Of a stretch of 64,000 nt of DNA, positions 12,955 through 25,116 are shown one piece after another. The DNA is taken from NCBI GenBank assembly GCA_039621445.1, contig CP154954.1:16448140-16512139 (forward strand), read 5' to 3'. Source of the stretch: Euglena gracilis (taxonomy: Eukaryota). The notes under the pieces were generated by a model. That model was not told the origin of the DNA and made no database searches. It worked only from the letters and a program-made list of their open reading frames with translations. Every line of letters begins with the position of its first letter. The stretch's first letter is position 1. The position numbers and the translations under genes are program-made.

Positions 12955-13351
12955 ACCCCCCTAATAAGTGCACGGGTGCGCGCATTTTAAGGACGTAGTT
13001 TCGGACCCCAAGGGGTGCGCACTTATTAGGGCAGTGCGCACTTTTTAGGGCAAAGCCAAAAATACTGACATTACCCCCACTCTTTTTCAGTTTTCCCCCC
13101 AACTTTGTGATTTCAAGCTATGAGTCAAGTGATTATGTGTCAAATGTGTCAAATTTGGGCTTGGACGATAGAAATATTTGGTCTGAGAAGGACAGTTCTG
13201 AGAATTGTGTGTGCTTTCCGACCTGAGATATGACAATGCTTTCTCCTTTGGGGGGTGCGCACTTTTTAGGGAGGTAGTTTCGGACCCTTGGGGGGTGCGC
13301 ACTTATTAGGGCACTGCGCACAATTAGGGCAGTGCGCACTTATTAGGGGGT
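12955..13351. mobile_element. MITE-like element with TIRs and subterminal gtgcgcactWWtaggg repeats
   Basis: Left acccccctaataagtgcac is the inverse of right gtgcgcacttattagggggt. There are about six internal gtgcgcac(t/a)..taggg units and a duplicated gtagtttcggacccc. Confidence 0.6.
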
Positions 13352-13444
13352 GGGGTTAGACTGATTTGGACCAATTTTGATCATTTTAGTCCCTTTCGTA
13401 AATTTAGGGAAATCACAAAAATTGATGCAATTGGCCCAAAACTT

Positions 13445-13693
13445 AAATAACAATAATAATAATAATAATAATAAATATGTGCATTGTGCAAAAATCCGAA
13501 AATGTAAAAAAGGGCTGGGGAATTCCCTTTGGGTCAATTTTGGCAGACAGCAATCTTTTCAAATGCTTTCCAGCCCTTTTCTTGTTGTCCCCTGAAAAAT
13601 TATCATGCAGATTATATGCAAATTGTTGTTGTTGTTGTGGTTGTTGTTGTTGTTGTTGTTGCTGTGGTTGTTGTTGTTGTTGTTGTTGTTGTT
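13445..13693. repeat. (AAT)n at 13445-13473 and (GTT)n at 13623-13693 microsatellites
   Basis: Directly visible. Confidence 0.95.
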
Positions 13694-15119
13694 AAAATTA
13701 TTGCAAAAACTATGCAAATTATGTGGAATTATGGAGGATTATGCCTCCCACCCCCAACCCTGCCTTAATGCTTCAATTACCCCTCCGAAACACATCGCCT
13801 CAACCATGTCCCCCCCTCGGGGGCATAACCTCCCTTAAAAGAAGCACAGGGTCCTGCAAGCGCAGTGTCCACATAAAAATGCACCCCCCCCCACCGCCGG
13901 TCCACTACGAGCGCACCCGTTCTTCTATTTGTGGGTGGGTCAGGAATGGGACATCAATGCAAATTGCGGAGGACCCCGTGTGCAAGCACAATGCATTTTG
14001 TGAGGACGCTTTCTCCCGTTAGTCTCCTCCTGGCTAGTTCCAAACACACACAATTGATTGGATGAAACTGTCACACGACTGGATTGAATGTTCCTCCACG
14101 ATTGACGGCAAAGCTGGGGTTGCCAACTTTAGGGGACCAAATTGCATATTAAGAATTTCAGCAAGCCAGCACAAAATTCAAAATTGGCCAAGAACATTAA
14201 AGGGGGGGGGGCAAGATCGCAAGTTAAGGCTAAAGGGCAACGAGTTTGCATGGAAGGAGGAGGGGTGCCAAATGCCCAGGGGGGGGGCAAGCGAGGGGGG
14301 AGGTACCTGCACAGCAAATGCCTGGACCTTTCCACACAGATGGGCTGAAAAACAGCGGGTTATGCGCTTATGGGGAACTGGGGTGAGGTCGGTTCAGTTT
14401 CTTGGCACTTCCAACATCGGTTGTGCTTGTTGTGAGGGAAGTCGGTTCAGTGAACACCACAGAACACTCCCTGGCTGGCAAATCATTTTCCAATGACTGC
14501 CACCTTGCCAGCCCCAAACCGCATTGGCCCGCCGATCTAAGCATTGGAAAATATGAATCAGAGTGGTGTTGCCCGCACAAAGAGGAAGTACGAGTTGGAA
14601 AGATGGACCATAAAACGGAATGAGAAACCTCCCTTTTTCCCCTTCAAAAAGAAGAAATCAAAACCACAAAAACTCATTTGTTTTTGAAAAAAGACGATAT
14701 GTTTAATGGGACTTTGGTTTATTGCCGAGCTGTAAAAACACAAACTTAATTAACTTTGAAACCTTTGATGCGGTTTGATTGTTCCAGGAATGTCGCTTTG
14801 ACACGGGGGTGTGGGTGCAAAAGAATGGTAACAATAATGAAAACAGCAAATAACAGGGAAAGGGGTGAGTGTCAACAACATGGCGTGGACGGGATAAGGT
14901 GGAGAACTTCCAAAATTTCCACAACTGGGGATGAAACTCATGAACTGGGGTCCAGGGAGATTCAAGCTCAGTACAACCTTTATCAGGAAAGGTGGTTTCA
15001 AAAGCAGGAAGCCCCTAGCTCGCAAATAATTCCCCAGCTGGCGACCCCAGAACCCCAGAAGGGAGGGCGGATCCACAAAAAATTGCTCAACCACCCTGGC
15101 AGTTGGGGAGGGGGTCCAC

Positions 15120-15592
15120 CAGGGTTTGATACAAGGACAGGTGGGGGGGGGGGGGGCCGGGCCCCCCCCCTGCGGACCAGGAGAGGGGGGACACCCCCCC
15201 GGGGGTCGGTAAGCAATTGTATGGTCCGGACCCCCCCCCTGCGGACCAGGAGGGGGGGGACACCCCCCCACCTAAACAGTGGCGCGGTCCAGGTGATCGA
15301 ATTTCAGCCCTTCGCGAAGCGCCGGGCCGAAAATTTTTGATCCCCCAAAACGACCCAAAGTGCCATTTTGGGCACTTTTTGGGCAAAAATTTGCCAAAAA
15401 TGCAAAAAAAATTCGGCGCAAAATGCTGGAGGAAAAAATTGACCCTTTTTGGGGGGGGGTCCCGGGTACCCCCCCCCAGGGTCGGTCCGGACCCCCCTGG
15501 CAGGTGGGGGGGGGGGTCCGGACCCCCCCCTGCGGGGGGGGGGGGGCACCCCTCCACCTTAACCATGTACGCCCTCCTTGTATCAAATCCTG
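15120..15592. mobile_element. hAT-type MITE (473 bp)
   Basis: 18-bp TIRs cagggtttgatacaagga / tccttgtatcaaatcctg with 1 mismatch. Perfect 8-bp TSD GGGTCCAC at 15112-15119 and 15593-15600. Internal ggtccggacccc and cctgcggaccagg repeats. Confidence 0.93.
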
Positions 15593-16599
15593 GGGTCCAC
15601 CCTCCCACCAAACACAAACTCGGCTGGAAGTCTTTCAAAAAAGTTCCGGTCTGGCCTTCGGTCGGGACAGACTGGCCCATTGTGCACCTCCCCCGCCCCC
15701 ACCCCCCCTGGTTGTTTTGGTTCTTGAAAACCCATCTGTCCCCTGGAGGCAGGTGTGGGGTGAAATGCGGTGGCACTGCCAGTGGCACTGCGGGCCGTTA
15801 CACCACTTGTCTTTTTTTTCCCTTTTTAACTTGGCCTTGTTAAAGTTGGCCTGCGGCCACAACTTGCAACCTTGGCCCAAAAATTTTAATATTCTTCGCC
15901 AATTTGTGCACAGCCTACCGAAACTCTTACCGTGCATACTTGGCCATCCATTGTAGCCCCAGCAAGCGTTGCCACCCGGGGGGGCAACGCTTTGGTCTGA
16001 GGGGATAGCTGCCTCCGCTACTTTGTTGGGCCGGTGCTGCTGGTTCCCTCTTCAAGACGTTGACACAAAATTTGCCAAGATACTGCCGATATTTCTTTTC
16101 CCGAAAAACTCTCTGTTGACCATTGCAAAGTTGCACCCCAGTCCCTGTGTCAACAGAAAAACAGCCTGAATGGTTCGCCCCCATATGCCGGTAACGATTC
16201 GTCCAACGATCCATAAACCTCAAATCAAAATCAAATCAAAAAGACCTCAAATGGCCAAAAAAAAAGGTCAAAGCAGCAAACAAAACAGCCGAATATGGCC
16301 AAAATGGCTGAAAACGTCAAACAGTGGCCAAAAAATGCCGACATCGCCTTGCATTGCCCTGCATCCCCAAAATCAAGAACCTCACGGCCGGGAATGCACT
16401 TTTCTTGTTGAGTCACAAAATTTAGGCAGTTTTAGTGAAAATGCGCATCCGCGTATTTCGGAAGCGGAGTGCGCAGGTGCGCATTCTGAATGATTGCGTG
16501 CCTCTTCCAGACTGGGTGTAAACACCACAAAAATGAGCTGTTTGGATTAACACGACCATAGGGACCACCCCCTTGGATACTGCTTCAACTCCATATCAT

Positions 16600-17580
16600 G
16601 CTGTTTACAGCTGTTTCACAACGACTGTGGTACAGTGCGTGTGCGTGGATGGGCACACACTCAGCACACCACACGGCATGTGGAACACGAGCCACGCAGG
16701 CCAACCTGGACCTGGGTGTGCCACCTTGTGTTTATCAGTGTGTGCTGATGGCTTCCGGGGGCAGGGTCTAGTGAACCAGGGATGAGCCTGGGAAGGAACT
16801 CCTTGCGGCCACAGAGACACAGCCCTCCCAAGGTCAAAACAATGTAGGCGTCACTGAGTGTCAAGGCCGAAGAATGTGCACCTGCGTATTTTTTGGAAAC
16901 CCAAAAGAATGCGCAGGTGTGCATTTTTTTTGGAATGGACACAGGCTGTGGGAAGGGGGAATGCGCACATGTGAATTGATGTTGAAGGACACATTGGGTA
17001 TGGCCTGTTGTTTGCCTGCCTTGAATCCGAGCTGTGCACCGCTATGATGTGGTTTCGGGCTTGCAGAACAAGGGCATGTGAGGGGGAGATGAAAAAAAGA
17101 ATCACCCCTTGGCAACAACGTCGCTGTACCACACCACACCCTGAAACACGATACTTGCAGCGGTGTGGAAAAACCTGGGCTCGGCAACGGCAGGAGTCAA
17201 AGCACGAATTCATGTCCTTCAGTGACAGGGGAACTGCCCCCCTGCAGCTCAAGTCATATAACAAATCAGAATGCGCACCTGCGCATTCCATTTCACCCGC
17301 TGCAGTCCACTGCCCAGCCCAGCGTATGCTGCTCTCATGAATGTGTGGAGCACGTCACAACGCACGTGTAACCGTCCCCCACACGGCGGAGGCGATGGGC
17401 CGGTTGCTGCCGGCGTTGTCTGACCCCACGCCCCAGAGCGTGCATGGCAGCCAATGGTCGCCCTGAACAACCTTATGTTGGGCTGCAGTGCACGGTGCCA
17501 GGAGCACTGTGCCCCACAAGTAGGGTCAACGCAGGGGACTGTGTCTGGTTCCACACATACAGCACTCACTGGGTTGACAC
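16600..17580 (-). pseudogene. Degenerate CxC5-like cluster plus the N-terminal part of a KDZ-like transposase
   Basis: In order on the minus strand: VEPDTVPCVDPTCGAQC..NIRLFRATIGC (CxC5-like), then FPHRCKYRVSGCGVV/[frameshift]SDVVAK (compare HxCxxxGC..VxDGxxK), then HTDKHK..GWPAWLVFHMPCGVL (compare CxTxK..G..PCGII). The downstream catalytic motifs are absent. Confidence 0.45.
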
Positions 17581-18149
17581 CTCGAGAGCGAAACACGCCC
17601 ATCGCCACCTTCGGTATCTCTCAAAAACGGTCTGTAAACACAGAATTATTTCACAATCCAAATGTACTCAAAGAAGCGAACACCACTGGTCAGTCCTTGC
17701 CCCAAAATTTATCCAGGCCCTTGAGACTGTGAGCACATCATAAAAGCACAAGCACATCATAAAAAAAAACCTGGCGGTAAACCCAAGATTTTTTTCCGTT
17801 CTGCTTTTTCTGTGTATTCTACTGTGTCGCACCATGGGAAAACGGATGAGAAAGGGACTTCAGTGCCCGAGGAAATTTCTCAGTGACGGGCACCCTGATT
17901 CCCAACTGCGGTCAGCAGTCTTTCATGGCATGAGTAAAAAGCTGGTGAATGCGCACATGCGGAAAAAAGCGTCCTGTTCCTTTCTTCAAATGACAGCCAC
18001 ACTGCTGAATTTTGTACTCCCAGGTGGGAATGTCACCACCCACGCCAACTCCCCCCGCCGGTTCTGCAGTGTGAAGCCACGGGGCTGATGTGTAGACCTC
18101 CCTGCGCGGATCCAATGGTGTACGAGGACAAGGCAGCCCTGGAGCAAAA

Positions 18150-18352
18150 CTCGGCAAAGGAGGACCACCACCTGTGGCCTTGTTGGCAACAAACGTCACC
18201 CACCACACAGCACCCTTATTTATCATGTGCTCAGAGTCGACGCTCCAGCACTGAAAACAACACCACTGCTGGCCGCTGTGAAGACCAAGGAAATCACATA
18301 TATACACACACTTTCTCCACACACTCCGTCCGCAATGGCTGCAGTCAAACAT
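18150..18352 (-). pseudogene. Degenerate PHD-finger C-terminal half followed by a PWWP-like motif
   Basis: FDCSHCGRSVWRKCV...QQWCCFQC fits CxxCxxxx(H)xxC...WxCxxC with His replaced by Trp. It is followed by KGAVWWVTFVAN/[frameshift]GHRWWSS. Confidence 0.4.
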
Positions 18353-21187
18353 TGAACATTGGGGTGAATGCGCACATGCGCATTCCCTTTGTGTCTCCCC
18401 TTAAAGCACCCTGGTAGGAGATTGACACACAGGGCCATGCCAAACAACTCAGCACACAAGGTGGAGGCACAGCCCAGGAGACATACACCCTACTCTGGTG
18501 GCATCCACTTGTGCAATGAGATGCCTCTGAAATCGCTGACAAAAAAGGCCAGCAGTGCACCATGGGGGTTGCCCTGTCCCAATGCTGTCACTGGGTTCGG
18601 GAGTGCGAGGCACAGCTCCCCAACAACACAGAGAATGCGCACATGAGCACTCCCTCTCAAGAAATGCGCAGGTGCGCACTCTTGTGGATGCCCAGCGCTG
18701 CTCCCCTCCTGCTCATCTTCAGGTAGAACCACACCCAGCCAACGAAGGAATGGCCCCAAGAGTGCGCACGTGCACATTCTTGCGCCTCATGCAACCTCGA
18801 GACCTGTTTGTGAGGGTTGTTCTGGAGGTGCAGTCTGTGGCAAACAGGGTTGAAGTGGGGCTCCGCTCAGGAGCTTTAGGAACCAGTGAAGCACAGCAAA
18901 GGAGTGCCAGCCAGCCCCCCCCCCCCCCATACCCAGCACCCCATCCCAACCGTCAGACCTAAACTCAGGTGGCCCCACATGGTGATGTGCCATGGTGCCT
19001 ATGAGAAGGCGCATGCAGAGCAGACACCGTGCACGGCTGGATGGATGCTATGCCCGCATGTGTTTTGGAGGGGTGCAGTGCACCGTGTGGAATGCAAACC
19101 CCCTGAGGCAGGGCACCGAGCCCTCCTTTACAAACACCTGGCATGGGTTTAAATACACCGTCACCCACCACTCTCTGAAAGCATACTAACCACACACTAA
19201 CCACACACCAGCACCCTCTCGTGTCCTGCTTCCAACACAGGGCACAGAACCTCCCCTCCACTCTAACCATGAAGACCACGGTACCTCCTTCCCCTAACCA
19301 CCCCTGGGAGCCACAATAACCGTCCAAAATTTCAGGAAAAGGCCGGGGAGGGGGGTGAATGCGCACCTGCTCATTCACTGGGCACCACAAAACAGGGGGG
19401 ACAGCGGCAGGTACAACGTCTTCACCTGACCAGGGTTCGTCCTCGTGAAACAGCGTTTTGTGTCGCACCTACTTCGGCAGACGGGAGGTTTCCCCCAGTC
19501 GGCGGAGGTGCTAAATCATCAATTTCAAAACGAAAAAAGTTGGTTTACCCAGTAAAAAAACACGGGGGTCGAAAGTAATGGTACCCATTTTGGTACAAGG
19601 GGCTTCAGCTGACGGGTGCGCCGCCCCGTCAAGTGATGGCAACACAACTGGACACAAAAGAATGCGCAGGTGCGCAAAAAACCACCAAAAATGAAAAGTG
19701 CATTCCCAGCCGTCTAAGTTAGACTCCACAATTACTGCATCGCCCTGCACCAGCGAAGGTGGTTGCCCCCCCCCCCCAGGCGCCCTGGACCCGATTGAAC
19801 GTTAGGCCAGGGTACCAACCATGCGTAAAACAAGCCAAAACGCCCTAAAATTGGGCGCAAAGTTGCAAATTAAGGCTGAAGTTTAGGAAGGTCAAGTTTG
19901 CATGTAAGGAGGAGGGGGGGGGCAAGCGCCTGGGGGGGGGAAGCGCCTGGGGGGGGTACCAACACCCAAGGATTTCCAGCCAAGCCACGCAAGGAACCTG
20001 TGGGGCGGGCGATCGAGTCTTGGCCCGCAGACGCGAGAGCCAAAGCTATTACACACGCAACGCAGAGGACAAGCGACACGTGACTCGCAGAGCTTGCAGA
20101 GCTTCCGAGCTATAGAGGGTGGAAGCGTTATAGCTCCCAAGGAGCTATAAAAACAAGAGCGCGAAAAATTGGGGCCCTTGATTCATCAGATGGGAACGCC
20201 AACAGAATGGTCCCGGGGCTTGGCCTGCGCCTGCAACTGCCGGGCACTGCAGAACACAAGCCACAAATGTCACCGTGGGGGAAAGGAAGGGTAAAAAATG
20301 AGCGGGGACAGGGGGGTAGGACCCCTTGGAGGGTGTGTGAGTTGGACCACCCCTCCCTCTGTGCAAAAAATTCTTAAAGCTCTTTGCACCGGAAAAAAAA
20401 CCGGGCCTTGAAAAAGGCCCCAAAAAGCGCACTTTTGAAAAAAATTGGTCAAAACCTACGGCGAAAATTTCATTTTCCCGGCGAGAAGCGCCGGAAAATT
20501 GTTTTTGGTTCCTGGTGAGGGATTTTAGAATGATCCTGCACTTGTGCAGGATCATTGGAGATTTTGAACAAAATTAATTTTTTTGCCTGCCCCACTAGAT
20601 AGTTCCTGTAGGACGTCCCACTAATTACTACCCCCACTTAAGGAAGCACATTTCACAGTGATTCCGAAAATGCACCCGAATTTTTTGGTTATCCCAACCC
20701 AACCCAATCCCCCCCCCGCCCCCCCCCCCCCCCCCCCACTAGCCCAGGGACCTCGAGGAGAATCGAGCCTGGGGATGGCGTTGCTTGCAGGCTGTTGTCC
20801 TTTTGAAAACACCGTTGGATTGCTTCGGCACTGAAGGTTGCTTGACTGGAGGGGATATCTGCTAGTTGAGACACCCACCCAATTGCTTTGAAGAAAATGT
20901 GCCGGATGCACAATACCCCCCCCCCCCGGCGTTTGGCCACCCTCCTCCTCACATGCAAACTTGGCCCCTGTAGGGATGGCCTTTTGCACATGGCCGCCAA
21001 AATTCTTCACATGCAAACTTGGCCCCCCTAATGTTGGCCCCCTGGCCTTACCTTCATGGCCTGGGCCAAGCGCCCGGGTGGGACAGCAAGAAGAAAATTT
21101 GGCTAGACTGACCGATGGTCCTGTCAGCCATTTCATGCAAAGTCTGTGTTGATGTGGTCTCGATGCTGCCAAGGCCGCAAAAAGCAT

Positions 21188-21190
<3 letters not shown>

Positions 21191-21251
<61 letters not shown>

Positions 21252-21319
21252 CGTGTGCGTGCGTGTGCGTGTGTGCGTGTGCATGTGCATGTGTGCGTGT
21301 GTGCATGTGTGTGTGTGTG

Positions 21320-21383
<64 letters not shown>
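21191..21383. repeat. (GT)n microsatellite with GCGT interruptions
   Basis: Directly visible. Confidence 0.97.
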
Positions 21384-21386
<3 letters not shown>

Positions 21387-21481
21387 GGTTTACCACCGGT
21401 TCGTGCTAGGAAGCATGAAATCCGGTTCGTGATTGTTCGTGATTGTTCGTGATTGTTCGTGATTGTTCGTGATTGTTCGTG
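21384..21481 (+). mobile_element. hAT-like transposon end with 10-bp subterminal tandem repeats
   Basis: It begins cagggtttaccaccggttcgtg, similar to 28056 cagggtttctccggtttccgtg, followed by (ttcgtgattg)x5. The other end was not identified. Confidence 0.55.
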
Positions 21482-21888
21482 CTTCCAAAAAACCCCCCGG
21501 TTTTACGTTTTCCTTGGCGAAATAGGTGATTCATCTTGGACTTTGGCTCCTTGTGCCTCTTTTAATCTAAATATTCAGGTTAATGGGGAAAGAATTGTTT
21601 ATCCATGGGGAAAAAAATTGTTTATCTACCCCCAATAAACAACTTGCTGACAATATGGCAAATCCAAAAATGGAGGACAAATCTCTATGACGACCCACAA
21701 GACGGTTCCTAGAGGCTGAAATTCGATTGCTGCCCCCCCCCCCCGAGTCCAAAGAACACCAAAATGGCTAACATGTCGGTCCCAGGATGCAATATGTCGC
21801 TTTGCATGTGTCTTCTCGGCCCAGTGCACTGAAATATGCACCTCTCACTTTCCATCACTCCACCAAACTGAAAAAGGTGACAACAGGG

Positions 21889-22008
<120 letters not shown>

Positions 22009-22332
22009 CATGAATTTCACCGTTTTTGAATTTTTGATAAACAGGAACCTTCGAAGTCTTGAAGTCGTTCAAACATTGAACTTGTGTTCGGCTCCTGGGG
22101 ATTTGAAAAAAAACAGCCTTTTTGCAAGTTGCTGTAAGAATATGTGTGGTGTCGTTGCCAGGGAAACGGTGCCCCAGATCAGCCAGAGGGCAGCTGGTGG
22201 CGGACGTGTATAACAAATAGGCGAGGGCAAGGCTCCCCGTTCTACCGGTGCGACATACGCAATGTGAAAAGGCCTTTCGCTGGTGCAACCAGGGGCTCAG
22301 GGGCGCAAGGCTGAGTTGCCACAAATGATCGC

Positions 22333-22370
<38 letters not shown>

Positions 22371-23259
22371 CAAGCCATAAATCACCCTGGTAGCTACTTT
22401 CAGGGTAAGCGAATGGTGGCGGGGAGGGGGCAAGGTCTACAACAAGGTCTTCACGGTTTCTAGCATTTTTGGAACCATGGAACTTGTATTTTTTTTAAAA
22501 AAAGCCAAAATAAGGGAAAATGCAAGCTTCGGGGGTGAAGAGAAAATGCAAATTCCATAATTTATATCATTGACAGAATCCAGGTTGTGACAACTAGGCA
22601 TCTTTTCAGAAAGCTTCACCCCGGAGTGCTTCCCATTAGCATTACCCACCCCAAATACTGGCACGGGGGGCACGGGAGGTCGAAAATGAACACCCCTTGC
22701 CTGACCATGGCGTGCCCGATAATGGCCATTCACAAGGGAGCATTGGCTGTAATGGCAATTTTCTTGGGAGTATCAATACCCAAACCAAAGCCCCCGAGGG
22801 GGTTTCCTGTCATGGTGCACCATAGCCCAACACACCCCCCTCCCCAAGGGTTGTTAAAGAAAACCTAATGGCAACACGCAACTCAAAACGAACAAGAACA
22901 CGGAGCAGGGAAACATTCGGAAAAGCGGCCGGGACAAATTGGATGGAAACGAAAAAAGTTGTTGCTTTTGTGCCTTGTGTGTGAATTTTTGGTTTTCTTT
23001 TTGGGGGAAAAATCAACCTGTTGCAGCTTGCAAATTTTCCTGGATAGCATCAATTGCACAATAAAACTCTGTTTACTCGGGACGATCTCGAGGATTTACT
23101 AGGATCAAATCATGAGAAACCCTGGGTGACGAAAGCCATGCCCAATTTTATCTGGGTATTTCTACTTTTTTTTACTTTTGAAAACATGCCCAGTTTTATC
23201 TGGGTGTTTCCCCCTTTTTATATTTTAACCAGACTTCTTGCAGATCCTGGAAAATATTC

Positions 23260-23630
23260 AGGGCCTCTTTCGGCCATTTTTCGATTGCTTTTGGCCACTA
23301 TTAGCGCTTTGGCCACTTTTGGTCCATTTTTTTGGCCACTTTTTGCTTTGGCCACTTTTATCCCATTTTGGCCATTTTAGGGACAAATATGTAGATCCAT
23401 TTTATGGATCAACCATAAGCAGCCAAAAGTAGCCAAAATCTGCCCAAAATGGCCAAAAGGCACCCAAAGGGCCAAATATATATAAAATCAGCCAAAAAAA
23501 ACGGCCAAAAATGCCCCCCAAAATGCCCCCAAAAATGGCCAAAAAAAAAAAATGGGCCAAAAAAAAAAGGACGACAAAGGCCAAAAATAGCCAAAAATGG
23601 ACAAAAACGGCCAAAAGTGGCGAAAATGGC
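23260..23630. repeat. Fold-back array of ttttggcca (left arm) and tggccaaaa (right arm) motifs
   Basis: Motif polarity switches at the central hairpin gatccattttatggatc (~23394-23410). Confidence 0.7.
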
Positions 23631-23997
23631 TTAAATTATCGAACGTTTTCGAAGAAATTATCGAAGAAAAAAATTCCGTTCATCACCCTGCCGCCGGCAA
23701 CAGTACCCAAGCTTTGGCCAAAGCTTGGGAGATGCTGCATCATCAAACGTGCTTGGTCGGGAGGGATTCGCATCCAGAGGGGAGATATATGTGCCAAAGA
23801 TCCAGCTGAACAATCATCTCTGAGGTTATGACAGTCCCCTTTCTGTCAAAACAACGTTCCAGACGCCAAAAATTTCAAGTCTGGACGATTGATGGGTGGG
23901 TATCCTCCTTTTCATCACTCTTAAGCTTGAGCAGAAGATCTGCCGCCACAGAGTGTGGGCCGAGAGGTGCCTTGTGCGAACAGCTACACAAAGCCAC

Positions 23998-23999
23998 CA

Positions 24000-24087
<88 letters not shown>

Positions 24088-24088
24088 C
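23998..24088. repeat. (GCAC)n microsatellite
   Basis: Directly visible. Confidence 0.97.
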
Positions 24089-24448
24089 TAATACACACCA
24101 GCTCAGGGAGCAACCTGCAGTGTGCACATGCTGCTTGTCCGGGCTGCACAGGTGTCCGCTGCCCCAATCCTGCGCATTATCCATTATTTCTCAAATTATG
24201 GGCTATTTATACACTGATTTGTTTATTTGAAATATACTGGTAATTTTTATTCAGCTTGAGTTCTCTTATGTGAAAAAAAGAGCAGATATGGAAGCATAAA
24301 CACCTGAATAGCCAAGCCTGCACTTAAGGGCCCCCAGAGGGTGGGTCGAACTGAATTGGCACTAGCTGGCTCGCTGGAAACAAAAATACTTCAGAGTCGC
24401 AGCAGGCTGCAAAAAAAATTGTTCCCGGTGGTCGCAATGAAAAAAAAA

Positions 24449-25056
<608 letters not shown>

Positions 25057-25116
25057 TGTTCTGATTGTGCAAAAAAATGTATGGTGTTGCATAATGAATC
25101 ATGCTATGTGTACGTT

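Larger units (their letters stand above)
16384..19713 (-). mobile_element. 3.33-kb TIR-bounded DNA transposon relic, probably KDZ (Kyakuja-like) class
   Basis: 21-bp TIRs acggccgggaatgcacttttc (16384-16404) / gaaaagtgcattcccagccgt (19693-19713) with 1 mismatch. Thirteen internal 18-bp palindromes and Cys-rich coding remnants on the minus strand. No clear TSD. The boundaries are well supported; the family call is tentative. Confidence 0.7.

Noticed and set aside
16440-19678. Palindrome series as a CRISPR array or integron attC array
   Set aside because: Spacing is highly irregular (10 to about 660 bp), there is no cas or integrase gene, and the context is eukaryotic.
16350-19750. tgcatYgccctgca direct repeat outside both TIRs as the TSD of the 3.33-kb element
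   Set aside because: It lies about 20 bp away from the TIR ends rather than abutting them, so it is more likely part of the host repeat.
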